Assembly: GCA_037141795.1 (NCBI GenBank)
Contig: JBAXBV010000002.1
Coordinates: forward strand, 6,588-70,587
Length of the DNA stretch: 64,000 bases
From: Betaproteobacteria bacterium
GTDB taxonomy: Bacteria > Pseudomonadota > Gammaproteobacteria > Burkholderiales > Ga0077523
Direction: 5' to 3'
The notes under the pieces: generated by a model
The model's database searches: none
What the model saw: the letters and a program-made list of their open reading frames with translations, nothing else
What the model was told of the DNA's origin: nothing
Program-made: the position numbers and the translations under genes
In this document: positions 62,227 through 64,000 of the stretch, piece by piece
Numbering within the stretch: the stretch's first letter is position 1
How the letters are laid out: each line of letters begins with the position of its first letter

Positions 62227-64000
62227 TCACGACAAGTCCCCCCCAATTTCGGCAGGCGCCGCGGCTGCGAGGCGGCAGAACGTTTCTTCGAGGCTCCGGG
62301 TGAAGCCGACAGCATCCGTGAGCATGCTCGCAGCCACGTCAGCCCGAAGACGGGCCCGCGTTCCGGCGAGGGCATCGAGGTCCGCCGCCATCGCCGCCGC
62401 GATGGCGATGTATTCGGATTCGGTCTGCGCGAGCCATTCCGGCCGACCGATCTGGTTCAGGAGGCTCGCGCCAACCCGGGCCACGTGACTCGAACCCGCG
62501 AAGGAGACCACGGGCACACCCATCCAGAGAGCCTCGCAGGTGGTGGTGGTGCCGCAATAGGGCACGGTATCGAGTGCGATGTCGACGACCCCGTAACGGG
62601 CCAGATGATCGGAGAACTCGGCCTGCTGCCCCTCGAGGGTGAGCCGTTGCAGGTCCCCTCCAGCCGCCGCGAAACGGGCCCGAACGCGATCCGCAAACAC
62701 GGGATCATCCAGGCCTCTTGATTTGAGGAGCAGACGGGCGGTGGGAATCCGGACGAGCAGGGCTGCCCAGAGCGAAAGGGCTGTGTCGGACACCTTCGCG
62801 AAATTGTTGAAACAGCCGAACGTGACATGCCCCTGGGTCAACGCGGGCAACGGACCTACAGGCGGTGCCTCCGGGCGCGGCCCGTAGACCAGAAACCCGC
62901 CGGGCAACCGCTCGAGCCGTTCGGAATGCAGACGCTCGGTCATGCCCGGCGGGTCCGCCCAGATATCGGTGAGGCGACAATCCATCGCGGGCATGCCCGT
63001 GGTGTTCGGGTAGCCGAGCCAGGTCACCTGAACCGGGGCAAGGCGCGCAGCAAAAAGGCTCAACCGATGCCCGCCTGTATGGCCGGAAAGATCCACGCAG
63101 ACATCCAGCGCATCAGCGCGAATTGCGCTCAACGCCGCATCATCGTCCATCGTACCGATCTGCCGCCAGCGGACGCCCAGCTTCCGCAAGCGCTCACACT
63201 GGGCATCCTCCACGAGGCCGTTGTAGTAACAGAAAGGCTCGACGACTGCCTGGTCGTGGGAGGCGAGGACAGGTTCGATGAAGAAGCTCACGACGTGATA
63301 CCCGAAGTCGGCGGAGACATATCCGACCCTTAACGGCCGTTTTCCTTCCGCCTGATGCAGATTCCTGCTGTCACCGGACACCCTTGCAGGAGCGAACGCC
63401 TCGGCCACTCGGCGATGTTCCGCATGGACGAAGGTCGGTGACAGGTGATCAGCGTAGTTGAGCGTCATGAGGTAGGCGCTCCCGGCCACCGTCGATGTGG
63501 GATCGGAAGATGCGGCCTGGCGAAGCGCTTCGAGCGCCTCGGGAATCCGCCCCTGTCGAGTCAGCAGAAGACCGAGGCGATAGGACAGCCCCGAATCCCC
63601 CGGGTGAGCCCGCAACCCCGCGCGCAGGTGTTCCTCCGCGGCGCCCAGGCGGCCGAGGCTCGAGAGCAGTTCCGCGGCATTTCCGCGCGCCTCGAGGGAC
63701 TCCGGGTCCAGGGCGATGGCTCGGTCAAGGGAGATAATCGCCGCATCCTTAAGCCCACGGGTCTCCTGCACGGTCGCCAGGTTGATCCAGGGGGCTGCCA
63801 GTTGAGGCGCGTGTTTCACGGCCTGAGCGAATGCCTCTTCCGCGTCGGCAGAACGCTTCGCAAGGCGCAGGCAAAGCCCGAGATTGTTCCAGGCCTGCCC
63901 ATAGAAGGGGAACTGCTCGAGCAACACCTGGTAGGCCGAGATGGCCCGGTCGATGTCGCCGCTGTCGAAGAGCGCATCCGCCTGAGTCTTGAGTCGTTCA
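62227..64000 (-). CDS. Second TPR-repeat GT41 glycosyltransferase (5' end outside window)
   Basis: Frame stays open to the window edge (ERLKTQADALFDSGDIDRA...); LRVGYVSADF..H, DLSGHT, WLGYPNTTG, GTTTTCEALWMGVPV. Confidence 0.92.
   Translation of the reverse strand, partial: ERLKTQADALFDSGDIDRAISAYQVLLEQFPFYGQAWNNLGLCLRLAKRSADAEEAFAQAVKHAPQLAAPWINLATVQETRGLKDAAIISLDRAIALDPESLEARGNAAELLSSLGRLGAAEEHLRAGLRAHPGDSGLSYRLGLLLTRQGRIPEALEALRQAASSDPTSTVAGSAYLMTLNYADHLSPTFVHAEHRRVAEAFAPARVSGDSRNLHQAEGKRPLRVGYVSADFGYHVVSFFIEPVLASHDQAVVEPFCYYNGLVEDAQCERLRKLGVRWRQIGTMDDDAALSAIRADALDVCVDLSGHTGGHRLSLFAARLAPVQVTWLGYPNTTGMPAMDCRLTDIWADPPGMTERLHSERLERLPGGFLVYGPRPEAPPVGPLPALTQGHVTFGCFNNFAKVSDTALSLWAALLVRIPTARLLLKSRGLDDPVFADRVRARFAAAGGDLQRLTLEGQQAEFSDHLARYGVVDIALDTVPYCGTTTTCEALWMGVPVVSFAGSSHVARVGASLLNQIGRPEWLAQTESEYIAIAAAMAADLDALAGTRARLRADVAASMLTDAVGFTRSLEETFCRLAAAAPAEIGGDLS

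Noticed and set aside
1-64000. CRISPR arrays, tRNA/rRNA, IS elements or integrases
   Set aside because: None recognised by eye; short or degenerate elements could have been missed without tools.

Overview
GC-rich, betaproteobacterium-like chromosomal window (taxonomy inferred from gene content and order: beta-type gshA, argH/fimS-algR-hemCDXY-ppc, aroQ-accBC-prmA). Left two thirds: a heterotetrameric sarcosine-oxidase-family (probably N-methylglutamate dehydrogenase) operon running off the left edge, gshAB, a GGDEF-EAL protein, dsbB, a PLP trans-sulfuration enzyme, a Liv-type ABC transporter, an SDR, argH, fimS/algR, hemCDXY and ppc. Then a 3-amino-3,6-dideoxyhexose (FdtA/FdtB-type) sugar-modification island flanked by a Tat-exported FecR-like protein and an outer-membrane barrel, followed by housekeeping genes. 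The right third is the most interesting part. A co-oriented signalling cluster encodes a CHASE2-Ser/Thr kinase, a PP2C phosphatase, an FHA protein, a CHASE2-adenylate cyclase, a class II cNMP phosphodiesterase, a GAF-fused PilB/GspE ATPase and a GAF-HD-GYP. It sits directly upstream of a sigma54-driven tandem pair of type IVa pilins, which converge on two TPR-GT41 (SPINDLY/OGT-like) glycosyltransferases. The pilins share a 224-bp perfectly identical tract over the normally hypervariable globular domain, lack the canonical C-terminal disulfide and carry four N-X-S/T sequons. I saw no tRNA, rRNA, CRISPR array or transposase. All functional calls rest on motif recognition by eye; no searches were run.
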